The notes beneath the pieces are model-generated. The model was given only the letters and a program-made list of their open reading frames with translations, was not told the origin of the DNA and did no database searches. From positions 186,001 through 250,000 of IMG/VR virus record IMGVR_UViG_3300029984_000001: a stretch of DNA of 64,000 bases; one strand, written 5' to 3'. The translations under genes were made by a program, and so were the position numbers. This document shows, piece by piece, positions 29,511-39,679 of the stretch. Each line of letters starts with the position of its first letter. Position 1 is the stretch's first letter.

Positions 29511-30557
29511 ATGGATAACAATACAATTGATAGGATAAATGAACAATTATTACGTTTACCGTCTGCTGAATACGCTCAGGGGAATTCGTGGATAATTGCA
29601 AGATGTAAAAATTGTCAAGATTCATTAAATCCTAATCATAAACATTTCGGTATTCATATACCCCAACACGAGAATGATGTTTATTACTACAATTGTTTTA
29701 AATGTCATGATGCTGGACAACTTTCAACTGACAATCTTATAGCATGGGGAATTTATGATTTAGATGTTATAGAAGGATTATCTAAATGGAATAAAAGGGT
29801 ATTATCAAGACCAGAGAATAGAATGTATAAAGATCAAACTTATATAGTTAAAAATAATCATATAACTCAAAGTAGATTGACTGATGCTAAGTTGAATTAT
29901 ATTAATAATAGGCTCGGTATCAATATGACATATCAAGATATATTAGATAAGAAGATTATACTTAATCTTCATGATTTCTTAATAGAAAATCATATAACAA
30001 GATTCTCTAGAAATCCTAATGTTGTAGATCAATTAGACAAAGCATTCTTGGGATTCTTATCCCAAGATAATGCTTTTATTAATATGAGAAGATTAATAAA
30101 TGAAGATAAGCTTATGAAACCATTACATAAAAGATATGTCAATTATAATATATTTGGCAAGTTTGATAATTCTCAAAGATACTATACAATACCAACTATA
30201 ATAAGATTAGATAATCCAAAGAGAATTAAATTAAAAATTGCAGAAGGACCTTTTGATTTATTATCTATATTTTATAATATGTGTGACCAAGAAATAGATA
30301 ATTGTATTTACTCTGCAATTACAGGTAGTAGTTATTTAAAAGTATTAGAATACTTTATAATAAAGAAAAAGTTAATAAATATAGAAGCAGATATATATAC
30401 TGATAAAGATATATCTGATGCAAAGATGTATGACATTAAACAAATACTAAACGTATTTGGTATACCTTTAACTGTGCATCGTAATATAGCTCCAAATCAA
30501 AAAGACTTTGGTGTTAAGTCATCACAGATACAAGATAAGATAATATATTTAGGATAG
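29511..30557 (+). CDS. DNA primase (Zn finger + TOPRIM)
   Basis: CKNC...H...YNCFKC zinc finger; IAEGPFDLLS and IYTDKD TOPRIM motifs. Confidence 0.88.
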   Translation: MDNNTIDRINEQLLRLPSAEYAQGNSWIIARCKNCQDSLNPNHKHFGIHIPQHENDVYYYNCFKCHDAGQLSTDNLIAWGIYDLDVIEGLSKWNKRVLSRPENRMYKDQTYIVKNNHITQSRLTDAKLNYINNRLGINMTYQDILDKKIILNLHDFLIENHITRFSRNPNVVDQLDKAFLGFLSQDNAFINMRRLINEDKLMKPLHKRYVNYNIFGKFDNSQRYYTIPTIIRLDNPKRIKLKIAEGPFDLLSIFYNMCDQEIDNCIYSAITGSSYLKVLEYFIIKKKLINIEADIYTDKDISDAKMYDIKQILNVFGIPLTVHRNIAPNQKDFGVKSSQIQDKIIYLG

Positions 30558-30593
30558 GGTTCGTCTCTATCCTTATTTTAAGGAGGAAAAATA

Positions 30594-30915
30594 ATGGTAT
30601 ACATAATTAATGATAATAATGTGAAAGAATTATTAGAAAGCAATGATATTAAATTTAAATCTTTTGAAACGGTAATTAGATGCATTTTGTGATGAAGAAG
30701 CTACATATAGAATTGATCAATTTGAAGATGATTTTAAAGAAAAATTTACAGAAGAAGCCAAAGATAAATTACAGTGTAATTTATCTAATATATATAATGA
30801 TAATAATGAAAGTTTTATAAATTCAGATGAATTATATAATCTATCATGTAATGAGATAGATGATTTTATAGAAAGTCATAGAGGCAAAATGCAAATATTT
30901 ATGACTAGAGAATAA
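30594..30915 (+). pseudogene. Frameshifted acidic hypothetical protein ending in FMTRE
   Basis: RBS AAGGAGG and ATG 30594. The frame changes near 30665-30680 into LDAFCDEEATYRIDQ...GKMQIFMTRE*. Confidence 0.6.
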
Positions 30916-30940
30916 GTATTTATTATAGGGGGATTATAAA

Positions 30941-31420
30941 ATGATAGAGAATGCAAATATGAAATGTTTTGGAAAATGGTCTTTTGAAGATATGGGATGT
31001 ATGCAATGTACTCACGAATCTGATTGTTCTGCTAATAAAAGAGAAAATGAATTAGCTTATAAAAGAACTATAAAAGATTTTAGATGTTGGAATTGTTCTG
31101 ATATAATAAAATGTAACCAAACAATTAAAAATTGTTTTGGTTTTATTAATAGAACATGTGATAATAGATGTAAATGTTGGTATGAATGTCAACGTAACCA
31201 ATATTTAATATCAATAAAGGTTGAATGTATAAAACCAATCATAATGAAGACTGAGCATTATGAACCTTATAATTTTATTGAAGGGAATACTTATATATTT
31301 AGTATTACAAAAGATGGTATGTTATTATCAGGTGGAACTTATTATGATATAATATTAGGTAGAAAGAAACCTTATAATAAATTAAACATCTTTGATAAAT
31401 ATTTTAAAATAATTGAATAA
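30941..31420 (+). CDS. Cys-rich hypothetical protein
   Basis: Repeated CFG...C..C...C motifs. Confidence 0.7.
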   Translation: MIENANMKCFGKWSFEDMGCMQCTHESDCSANKRENELAYKRTIKDFRCWNCSDIIKCNQTIKNCFGFINRTCDNRCKCWYECQRNQYLISIKVECIKPIIMKTEHYEPYNFIEGNTYIFSITKDGMLLSGGTYYDIILGRKKPYNKLNIFDKYFKIIE

Positions 31421-31569
31421 TTAATAAGAGGGATTTATCCCTCTTATATTTTATGTCAAAATAATTTGTAAGAGTTCGATCCTATAGTTGTATATTATAC
31501 TAATGAATAATAAAAGAAATTATCAAAAATTAATATAGAATTATATAATCGAAAGGAAAGAATGTAAAA

Positions 31570-31821
31570 ATGCACAAATATTATAGTGTAGAACAATTTT
31601 TAGAAATGCAAGATAAATGTAAAGAAAAGGTAAAGAAAATAGTAGAGGAAATACTAATAGAGAAAAAAGGTTTAGTTAATATAGACTTTGAAAAAGATGT
31701 ATACAGAAGAATTGGTGTGATTTATAGATCGTCAACTGAAGATGAAAAAATACTTATTGATGATGTAATTAAAGAAGTAAGATGTATGATAGTTAAATTA
31801 AGAGAAGGTAGGGTGTTTTAA
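31570..31821 (+). CDS. Hypothetical early protein
   Basis: Early motif at 31488-31500; 83 aa. Confidence 0.65.
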   Translation: MHKYYSVEQFLEMQDKCKEKVKKIVEEILIEKKGLVNIDFEKDVYRRIGVIYRSSTEDEKILIDDVIKEVRCMIVKLREGRVF

Positions 31822-31822
31822 T

Positions 31823-32191
31823 ATGAATAAAGAAATAGTAATAATTAAATTGGTAGAAAAATATAGTAAGGATGATTGCTTATTAAGTACTATAGCAGAT
31901 ACATTAAAATCTTGTAGTAGGTATGTTGATTTAATAACACAACAAGAAGTATTAGTTACAGTAGAAAAATACAATATGTCTAAAGATGATTTATTAGAAA
32001 AAATTACATCTTTAGATAAACAAAGAAGAACTACACATAATGTTATTATAAGTGGGATTAAATTGATTAATAGATTATGTGTACTAAATAAGTTGGATAA
32101 ATTCTATCAAGGAGACGAAAGTGATAGATATGAAATAGCAGATTTTGCAATGGAATTGGTAACGTCTAATTTTACAAATAGAAAAAAATAA
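31823..32191 (+). CDS. DUF3232-like protein
   Basis: LDKQRRTTHNVIISGIKLINRLC...YQGDESDRYEIADFAMELV resembles clostridial DUF3232. Confidence 0.6.
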   Translation: MNKEIVIIKLVEKYSKDDCLLSTIADTLKSCSRYVDLITQQEVLVTVEKYNMSKDDLLEKITSLDKQRRTTHNVIISGIKLINRLCVLNKLDKFYQGDESDRYEIADFAMELVTSNFTNRKK

Positions 32192-32212
32192 TAAGAAGGA
32201 GTACAAAATAAT

Positions 32213-32491
32213 ATGAAAAAAGAAATAGTAATAATGATAGAGAATATAGAAGAGGAATATAAAATAAGAATGGTAGATCTTTTTCTAGAGATTGAAGATA
32301 TGGGATTTGAATGTAAAAAGATTATTTTATCACGTATTGATATTAATATATGGATAGGTAAAAAAGATTCTATATCTATATTATGTAATTATTTAAAAGA
32401 TCATGGATGTAATATTATTCAGATCAAAAATATATTAAACGAATGGGGATTAGACGTATTAGAAAAAATACTAAAATCTAAGGAGAATTAA
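32213..32491 (+). CDS. Hypothetical protein, paralog family A
   Basis: LCNYLKDHGCNIIQIKNILNEW motif. Confidence 0.65.
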   Translation: MKKEIVIMIENIEEEYKIRMVDLFLEIEDMGFECKKIILSRIDINIWIGKKDSISILCNYLKDHGCNIIQIKNILNEWGLDVLEKILKSKEN

Positions 32492-32492
32492 C

Positions 32493-32756
32493 ATGGGAGG
32501 AAAACGAATAGATGAAAAAAAGAATGATATCGAATTAGAGTTTTCTGATAGATTAGATTCTTTATATTTAAATTTAGGACAGGTAGCTAGAATGTGTAGG
32601 TTAGCTGCATTAAATAATAACAAAGAAAATATATTTATAGGAGAAGGTAATTTTACTAACTTCTGTAAACAATTAAGAGAAGCAGGATATAATTATATAG
32701 AGATTAATAAATATTTAGTTAAATGGAAAAATCAACTTTTTACAAAAATAAAATAA
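32493..32756 (+). CDS. Hypothetical protein, paralog family A
   Basis: FCKQLREAGYNYIEINKYLVKW motif. Confidence 0.65.
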   Translation: MGGKRIDEKKNDIELEFSDRLDSLYLNLGQVARMCRLAALNNNKENIFIGEGNFTNFCKQLREAGYNYIEINKYLVKWKNQLFTKIK

Positions 32757-32769
32757 AGGAAAGGATAAT

Positions 32770-33105
32770 ATGAAATATAATAAGTATGAGGATAAGGATA
32801 TTGATGCTAAGATATTAACGAAAAAGACTATGATATTGTTTGAGTATTTGTCAAATGGAAATGATTTAAAGGAGGTATTACCAGTCGTTAATAATTTTAT
32901 ATCTTTATGTAATGTAGTCTCTACATCTCAACGTTTTGATGAATTTTGTAGAAATGTAGATGAATCTGTGATATCAGATGATTCTATATTAAATCTTTGT
33001 TTATACTTGAGAAGAAATTGTTATACTCATGATACAATAAAAATAATATTAGAACAATGGAAAAATGAAATTAATGAAATAAAATATAGGAGTGAATTAT
33101 TATGA
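32770..33105 (+). CDS. Hypothetical protein, paralog family A
   Basis: LCLYLRRNCYTHDTIKIILEQW motif. Confidence 0.65.
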   Translation: MKYNKYEDKDIDAKILTKKTMILFEYLSNGNDLKEVLPVVNNFISLCNVVSTSQRFDEFCRNVDESVISDDSILNLCLYLRRNCYTHDTIKIILEQWKNEINEIKYRSELL

Positions 33106-34031
33106 AAAAAGAATTAACAATCGAGGATAAAAAAATATTAAAGAAAGAAGTTGAAATAGAGGTTAAATATAAATATGTTTTTGATTCTTTTAAAAATATT
33201 ATATATAATCTTATAAACTCGCCATATTTAAACGATAAAGATTTTTCAATAAATACTTTTACAAATGATATAAGAAATAGAAATCATAGAGACAAAGAAT
33301 TAATAGAATTTATTAAATTTTTAAGCAGTATAAATAAAAAACAAAAAGAAATAAAAGAAATTTTAATAGATTGGAAAGATAGAGTAGATAGTTATGAAAA
33401 TGAATATACATGTGATCATCTTCCTTCTGATAGTTTAATCGAAATAAAAGATAATATATTTTTCTGTGAAAGATGTGGTAAAGTATTTGATATAATTCCA
33501 CAATTACCTAATGAAGATATTAATAATTTCGTTGACAAGTTTAGTTCATTAATAAATGATATGAAGGGACAAGGTTATTATGATCCAGAAATAGGATTAA
33601 TTTCAAATAGATATGGTGGTAAAGGAGTTATTTCTAGTATAACAGAAGATTCTATATTATCTCCTCATACAAATGATGGTACTCCAGTTGAAATAAACAT
33701 GTCACTAAAACAAATTATGAACAGAATGACAGATGAAGAGTTTATAAAATTTACTGAAAATCTTTTCTTAAAAAATATAGAGGTTCGTAAATCTAGAATA
33801 TTAAAAGAAAATTTACCAAGTTTTGAAATTGGTGAGAATAAAAATACAGAATATATACATGATCCTAATTCTCTAATAGCAAAATGTCTTCATGTTGAAT
33901 TTCATAAAGATGGAAATAAAATGAATATGACCAAAATAAATGAAGATACATATAAATGTAATATATGTACAGAAGAGATATCTAGAGATATGTATAAATT
34001 ATTAAAACTACGTTTTGAAACTAAAAGATAA
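33102..34031 (+). CDS. Mosaic protein: family-A helix, two Cys/His knuckles and an RNAP beta-like fragment
   Basis: FIKFLSSINKKQKEIKEILIDW; CDH...CERC and CLH...CNIC; NRYGGKGVISSI...DGTPVEI. Confidence 0.65.
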   Translation: MKKELTIEDKKILKKEVEIEVKYKYVFDSFKNIIYNLINSPYLNDKDFSINTFTNDIRNRNHRDKELIEFIKFLSSINKKQKEIKEILIDWKDRVDSYENEYTCDHLPSDSLIEIKDNIFFCERCGKVFDIIPQLPNEDINNFVDKFSSLINDMKGQGYYDPEIGLISNRYGGKGVISSITEDSILSPHTNDGTPVEINMSLKQIMNRMTDEEFIKFTENLFLKNIEVRKSRILKENLPSFEIGENKNTEYIHDPNSLIAKCLHVEFHKDGNKMNMTKINEDTYKCNICTEEISRDMYKLLKLRFETKR

Positions 34032-34117
34032 ATGATTGGGTGTATAAACACCCTTTTATTTTTTTATCTTTTTCTTCAGTTGAACATTTAGATAATTATG
34101 GGAAAGGAGGTTTTATA

Positions 34118-35317
34118 ATGGGTAGTAAATTTATTAATAAAAAATATAATGATACAGTTACTAATTTAGTAGAAGGTATAAATAATAGATTAAAAAATCC
34201 CTATTATATATTTAATGATAGACAACCTACTATTACAGATTATTATAATCAATCAGAATTAGAAACATCATTAGATGAACATCTACAACAAGAGTTTGAA
34301 GATTTAGGGGATGAATCTCCTATAAGATTCAATAAAATAGAAGACTTAGTATTATATGGAATGCCAAAGTTAGAAGCTAATTATAATATAACAGAGAATG
34401 GTTTTGAATCAGATCAACTTCAAGGAGAAGCTATATTCCTACCTAATACTATAATACCAAAAAAAGGAGATTTCTTTAGAATAAAATATTTAAACCAACC
34501 TTTATTATTTAAAGTAATCAGTTCTACAATAGATACAATAGATAATCTTAGTAATATATATAAAATTCAATGGGTATATGAAAGACCAGATTGTGACGAA
34601 ATAGAAAAACAAGTTGTTGACAACTTTACTTCTATAACAGAAAACTCGGGTACAGAATATAAATCTGTTATAAAGAATTCAGAATATAAATTTATAGAAA
34701 AGATAGATGAAGTATTAACAACTTTAAAAGAGTACTATAAAGTATTATTTTATTCTGATAGAGTACAGGCTTTTATTTTTTCATTTAAACATGATTTTTT
34801 CTATGATCCTTATGCAGTAGAATTCATAATTAAACATGATTTAATTAGTACATTAGACGATTATTTATACATTACACAACAATGTAGTTTGCATGAAACT
34901 TTTGTATTTGAATATGTAAAATCTATATTTACAGCTTTAGAAAAGAAAGATAAGAACCTTGGTAAATATAAAACGTTTTCTCAGGCTGAATTTATCCAAG
35001 ATGTATTCGGAGTATTCTCTTTTAGATCAGAACCTTATTATAAAATTCTATATAGAGATTATATGTTTCCAAATAAGGAGATAATAAATTTCTTAGATGA
35101 AGATTTGATCGGTAGAATATCATCAAATACTTTATATAGCGAAGATGAATTAAATTATAGAAATATTATAATAAAACATTTTAATAATACTGATATAAAG
35201 TTAAATGATGTAGAATGTATCTCAAGTATGCAATATAATACAAGTGTTAATCTATTTTATGAGATAATATTTGTGATATATATATTAGAAAAGAATGTCA
35301 AAATATTATTAAAATAA
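34118..35317 (+). CDS. Putative virion structural protein
   Basis: AACA-N6-TA at 34083-34094 and RBS AAGGAGG before ATG 34118. Confidence 0.6.
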   Translation: MGSKFINKKYNDTVTNLVEGINNRLKNPYYIFNDRQPTITDYYNQSELETSLDEHLQQEFEDLGDESPIRFNKIEDLVLYGMPKLEANYNITENGFESDQLQGEAIFLPNTIIPKKGDFFRIKYLNQPLLFKVISSTIDTIDNLSNIYKIQWVYERPDCDEIEKQVVDNFTSITENSGTEYKSVIKNSEYKFIEKIDEVLTTLKEYYKVLFYSDRVQAFIFSFKHDFFYDPYAVEFIIKHDLISTLDDYLYITQQCSLHETFVFEYVKSIFTALEKKDKNLGKYKTFSQAEFIQDVFGVFSFRSEPYYKILYRDYMFPNKEIINFLDEDLIGRISSNTLYSEDELNYRNIIIKHFNNTDIKLNDVECISSMQYNTSVNLFYEIIFVIYILEKNVKILLK

Positions 35318-35356
35318 CATTGAAATAATACTATAAAATATAAGGAGGAATATTGT

Positions 35357-35494
35357 ATGGATTTAGAAAGTATACTATGTTTAGAAGTAGCTGCTGATAT
35401 ATGTACAGAATCTATTGAGATGGATTTTAGTGTCTACGATTTTCAAATGCAAGAAAGAATGGATGATTTAGAAAGAAAAGGAGTGACATATTAA
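35357..35494 (+). CDS. Small acidic protein (45 aa, not in ORF track)
   Basis: AACA-N6-TA at 35316-35327, RBS AAGGAGG; stop overlaps the next ATG. Confidence 0.55.
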   Translation: MDLESILCLEVAADICTESIEMDFSVYDFQMQERMDDLERKGVTY

Positions 35495-36000
35495 TGAGTA
35501 ATTCAGTAACAATAAAAAATGTAAATATATATCCGATAAAAGGACAAAAGGTTTATGAAATTAGCCCACCGTTAATTGGTATTTGTACAGACGTAGATTT
35601 AAATACTTTAATTATAAGAAGAATAATTAAATCTGGTCATAAGGTTGAGGAAAATTTACCAGATGGTAGAAAAATTGTTCTAAATCTTGAAAACTTTGAA
35701 TGTGATAATACCGTAGAAAGACCAATTATGACTACTATCGTGTCATCTAATACAAATTCAGAATTAGTTGATAAATTGGTTAAATCTGAATCAACAATAA
35801 AAGAACTTAATGAAAAGATTGATAATCAAGAAGGTAATTATAGAGAGGCTGTAGCTTCTTATACATCATTACTAAATGCAGCTAAAAGTGAAAGTTTAGA
35901 AAAAGATAAAAAAATAAAAGAGTTAACAGAAGAGAATGTAAAATTAAAAGAAGAAGTTAACACTTATGAAGAATTATCAAAAGAAGAACCAATTAAATAA
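35494..36000 (+). CDS. Hypothetical protein with C-terminal coiled coil
   Basis: 168 aa, translationally coupled to the upstream ORF. Confidence 0.7.
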   Translation: MSNSVTIKNVNIYPIKGQKVYEISPPLIGICTDVDLNTLIIRRIIKSGHKVEENLPDGRKIVLNLENFECDNTVERPIMTTIVSSNTNSELVDKLVKSESTIKELNEKIDNQEGNYREAVASYTSLLNAAKSESLEKDKKIKELTEENVKLKEEVNTYEELSKEEPIK

Positions 36001-36227
36001 AAAATATAGAGCACATTAGTGCTCTATTATTTTATCTTATAAATGTGTATTGTCATCGTACATTAATAGTTATCCCCCTTTCGTTTATTTGGATAACATT
36101 AATGTTTAGTGTTTACCATATACTTCAACTCCTTTATAATATAATCATTTAGTGTTAAATTAAGATGATTATTATTGTTTATTCATAATTATAATATATA
36201 ATTATAAATCGGGAGTTTTACAAAATC

Positions 36228-36434
36228 TTAATAAAATTCTATAGGAGTTAATTTCTTTTGTGTTTGTGGGAGTATTAAAGTAAAATTATATAATGCTTGT
36301 ACTGTTTCATTACTAGATACATGAACATTCTTTCCACCTAAATCTATATAGTATCTTTTAGAATTTATATATTCATCTAATTCTTTATTAGATTCAATTG
36401 TATAAGCTACTTTAGCGGTTAACTGATCACCATC
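36228..36434 (-). CDS. RNA polymerase beta' N-terminal subunit, exon 2
   Basis: Begins GAT GGT GAT CAG (DGDQ), completing the catalytic DYDGD after splicing; 68 aa. Confidence 0.92.
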   Translation of the reverse strand, partial: DGDQLTAKVAYTIESNKELDEYINSKRYYIDLGGKNVHVSSNETVQALYNFTLILPQTQKKLTPIEFY

Positions 36435-37665
36435 CACACATTAACCTATTGTGAACGCAACTTCACCAGAAGATTTTCATCTTCCCAGACTATATCATCC
36501 CTTATGGGCTACCTCTTTCGAATCTATCATAAGCTTATAGATCCTACTCTACTCAATATTAAAGTTATATTTATTTGATATTTCGGTATGAGATTCTTTT
36601 CTTTTTATCCTACCAATTATACTTCTTTGTTGTTGAAATTCCCCTGGTAGTTTCAATTCATCTATAATTGCTCTAGTTGAATATCCTTTAGATAATAATT
36701 TACAAATGTTTTCTACATATGGAAAGAAATCTATTTGAGGTTTCTTCTCTTTAAATTTATATAATGTGGATATATGTTTCCATCTTTTACCTTTAATAAT
36801 ATGACTTACATTAAATCTATTATTTTCAGTATTTTCCATATTAGATTTTATTAAAGCATTTCCATATGAATCTCCATCTTGAACATATTTGCAAATACTA
36901 TGTACTTGTTCTTCTGTCCATTTACTCATACCATTATTTTCTCCATAAGTATTTTCTCCAGTACCCCAACCTCCATCTTCCTTGACAAATCTTGATTCAA
37001 CATGTTTAGAAAATTCTCTATCTGTATCTTTATTTTGAAACTCATGTTCAAGATTTTCTAGTTGAGTACACCATTCTAAATTACCATAGAATGCATCTGA
37101 TCTACATAAATTTTTATGGTTTACTTGAGTTTTATTTATTGGGTCTGGATTAAATACATACATGGTAGCAACCAAAATATGTACAAAGAAAGATTTTCTA
37201 GTAGAATCATTTAATTGTAAAGATACTGATAAATATCCATTAGATAGTGCTACCGATAATAAATTACCTTCTATATTTAAAAATCTACCATAATTACTTA
37301 TCTTATAACCTGTTCTGATATTATAACATTGTAAATCTACCCATTGTTCTATAGGATTAGGATATTCTATTAATGGGTTTATACCTTGTGAGAAATCGTC
37401 TCTTATCATAAAACTTTTCATTTATTCTCATCTCCTTTCGTGTATATAATATATAACTTTAATATCTTTTGATAGTCGTTGAACGTTCCCTATACATCAT
37501 CATATAAGGCTTCGATGCTGATTACCCAATTATTAATCATTCTCAAGCATTCACGCTTATAGTTTCCCATTACGTTGTAGCTGATTAACTTACAAGGGCG
37601 TTCCAGCAGTTAAGGTAGTTTTTGTTTCGACGCACATCGTCAAGAAGACTACAATGGTGAGGTTT
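36435..37665 (-). mobile_element. Group I intron in RNAP beta' catalytic motif (1231 nt)
   Basis: P1: exon GGAGACUAU pairs with intron GUAGUCUUC, with U-G at the splice site. P (AACTGCTGGAA), Q (AATCAGCA), R (GTTCAACGACTA) and S (GATGATATAGTCT) elements present; terminal G at 36435. Confidence 0.95.
36549..37421 (-). CDS. Intron-encoded NUMOD4/HNH homing endonuclease
   Basis: EQWVDL...YKISNYGRF, GYLSVSL, FFVHILVA...QVNHKNLCRSDAFYGNLEWCTQLENLEH; GENNGMSKWTEEQV; RBS AAAGGAG. Confidence 0.92.
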   Translation of the reverse strand: MKSFMIRDDFSQGINPLIEYPNPIEQWVDLQCYNIRTGYKISNYGRFLNIEGNLLSVALSNGYLSVSLQLNDSTRKSFFVHILVATMYVFNPDPINKTQVNHKNLCRSDAFYGNLEWCTQLENLEHEFQNKDTDREFSKHVESRFVKEDGGWGTGENTYGENNGMSKWTEEQVHSICKYVQDGDSYGNALIKSNMENTENNRFNVSHIIKGKRWKHISTLYKFKEKKPQIDFFPYVENICKLLSKGYSTRAIIDELKLPGEFQQQRSIIGRIKRKESHTEISNKYNFNIE

Positions 37666-39093
37666 ATAGTCTCCTTCTACTTTTTTGAGATGCAAATTAC
37701 TGATGTTTAAAGTATCTCTAAATCTAGATGATGTATTAGTACCTATATCTTCCTCTCTTATTTTTGGATAATAAGGATAGAATTCATTATTTATATAAAT
37801 ACCTTCTGTTTCTACTGTAGATGAAATTCTAATTTTATTTGGGAATTGACCGAAATAAGTATTCATAGGATATCTTGTTAATAATACATGTTTATCTTTA
37901 GACATTTCTACAGCAGCCATATAAAAAATATCACACCAACATAATCTTCTATGATAAATAGATGATACATCTTCTTTATCCATTTCATCTTTAGTATCTG
38001 TATGAGGAGCATTGTTACCTTTAAAGTACATATATCTCATTTCACCTGTAGTTAATTCTACTTCTATAGGAATGAATCTATTTGAATATCCATGTATAAA
38101 TCTTTTCATTTGTTTTTTAATTACATCATCTGAAAATTGCACATAAGGATTCTTTACTTGTACTACTTTAGGATTACCCTTATCATCATATAATACTTTT
38201 TCATTAGTACCACCGAATTCATTTTCAAAGAATCTTCTACACCAGAATAATATATACGGATATAGATTTGCTAAGGCTGATGCTAACGGTAAAGCACAAT
38301 GTCTTAAATCAACCATTAAATCATCTACTGATTCTACATTTAATTCAGGAGCCGATATAACTAATCTAGAAGAATAATCTGAAGTCTTTGCCATAACTGT
38401 TCTTTTTATGATTCCATATTTCTTTCCTAGATTTGGTTCTTGAGTAAACCAATCATATACTCTAACTAATAATTCCTGTATTCTTCCTATAGTAGCAGAT
38501 GTCATTGAAAATCCAAAATCATCGGATTCTCTTAATGCAGCTGAGGCTATAATTAAAGAATTATATATCTTATTAATTTCTCCTACTCCTAAAGTTTTAT
38601 TTCCAGTATTTACATCTCTATAGTATGCAGGTATTACTATATACTTATCTAAAAATAATGTATTATTCTTTTTATTTCTATTTATAAAATCTATATTTAT
38701 ATCTCTTTTGAGAGAGTCTGTAGATTTTATTTTTATCTTATCTATATTATTTTTTAAGAAGTCTACCCCATTTTCTCCATTCTCATCTTCTTCTAATTGT
38801 CCTTGAGAATTAATCTTAAAATTCTTAGTCCCATGAACACATTCTTTTATTTTTCTATCCATTCTACACCATATTTTATATGATAATGGATCTATGAAAT
38901 TTTTGTGTAGGTCAATATAGGCAAATATATTGGCTCTTTGATCTTTAGATAAACCAAAAACTTCATTAGATAATAAACCGTCTGATGTAGGTACTCCATT
39001 ACTAAAAAAATATATAGGATTGGTAATCTGTTTTAAATTATTCTCTTTAATTAATCGACTAGGACTTAATGTCTCTAACTCTAAATGTTTCAT
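37666..39093 (-). CDS. RNA polymerase beta' N-terminal subunit, exon 1 (probably virion RNAP)
   Basis: DGLLSNEVFG, VIPAYYRD, KTSDYSSRLVISAP, LLTRYP and ...VEGDY. Spliced product is 544 aa. It lies among structural genes. Confidence 0.92.
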
Positions 39094-39120
39094 ATTAAAA
39101 CTCCTTTCTCATTTTGATAT

Positions 39121-39156
39121 AAAAAAGGGATCAGGTTATACACCTGATACCTCTTT
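39121..39156 (-). terminator. Rho-independent terminator (minus strand)
   Basis: AAAGAGGTATCAGGT...ACCTGATCCCTTTTTT on the minus strand. Confidence 0.65.
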
Positions 39157-39429
39157 CATTGTTATTCCTATAGTATCATTATTAATGTTAAATTCTACCT
39201 GATATTTTTTATCATATACAGATGATGCATTGATTACAGGTATTGATTTGGTCTTCTTTTTTAATTCAAAATATATAGAATCATCAACTATATTTATGTT
39301 TTTCATATTAAAGTCATTAAATAAAGAACAGACTCCATATGATGTCATAATAGCTTCATAATTATTAGCGAAATATTCACAATCGTTAATATTATTAGAT
39401 TCTATGAATTTCATTCTATCCATTACCAT
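39136..39429 (-). CDS. Hypothetical protein
   Basis: 97 aa ORF in the structural operon. Confidence 0.6.
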   Translation of the reverse strand: MVMDRMKFIESNNINDCEYFANNYEAIMTSYGVCSLFNDFNMKNINIVDDSIYFELKKKTKSIPVINASSVYDKKYQVEFNINNDTIGITMKEVSGV

Positions 39430-39437
39430 GTCTCAGA

Positions 39438-39668
39438 TCATCTCCTTTTATTTTTAGATTGCTTTCCCTTAGGGGTAGAGGTATTACCAGCAGCAGATCC
39501 CATAGCTGCTAATAATGATGCTGTACATCCCATAGCTTCAGCTTCTAATTGTTTTTGTCCTTCACCAGTTAGCATCTTTTCATAAATATCCATATAGATT
39601 TTATGAAATAACTTATTTCTCATGTTTTCTAGTTCTGTAAAAGAAATCTTCTTATAATGATTGATCAT
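39438..39668 (-). CDS. Hypothetical protein
   Basis: 76 aa ORF directly after the baseplate-like gene. Confidence 0.6.
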   Translation of the reverse strand: MINHYKKISFTELENMRNKLFHKIYMDIYEKMLTGEGQKQLEAEAMGCTASLLAAMGSAAGNTSTPKGKQSKNKRR

Positions 39669-39679
39669 TATAATCTTAT

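Noticed and set aside
36001-36227. Non-coding gap with hairpins and tiny RBS-led minus-strand ORFs (MVNTKH*, MYDDNTHL*) as an sRNA or peptide system
   Set aside because: Explained by convergent terminators and an AT-rich 3' UTR; there is no recognisable RNA family or promoter.
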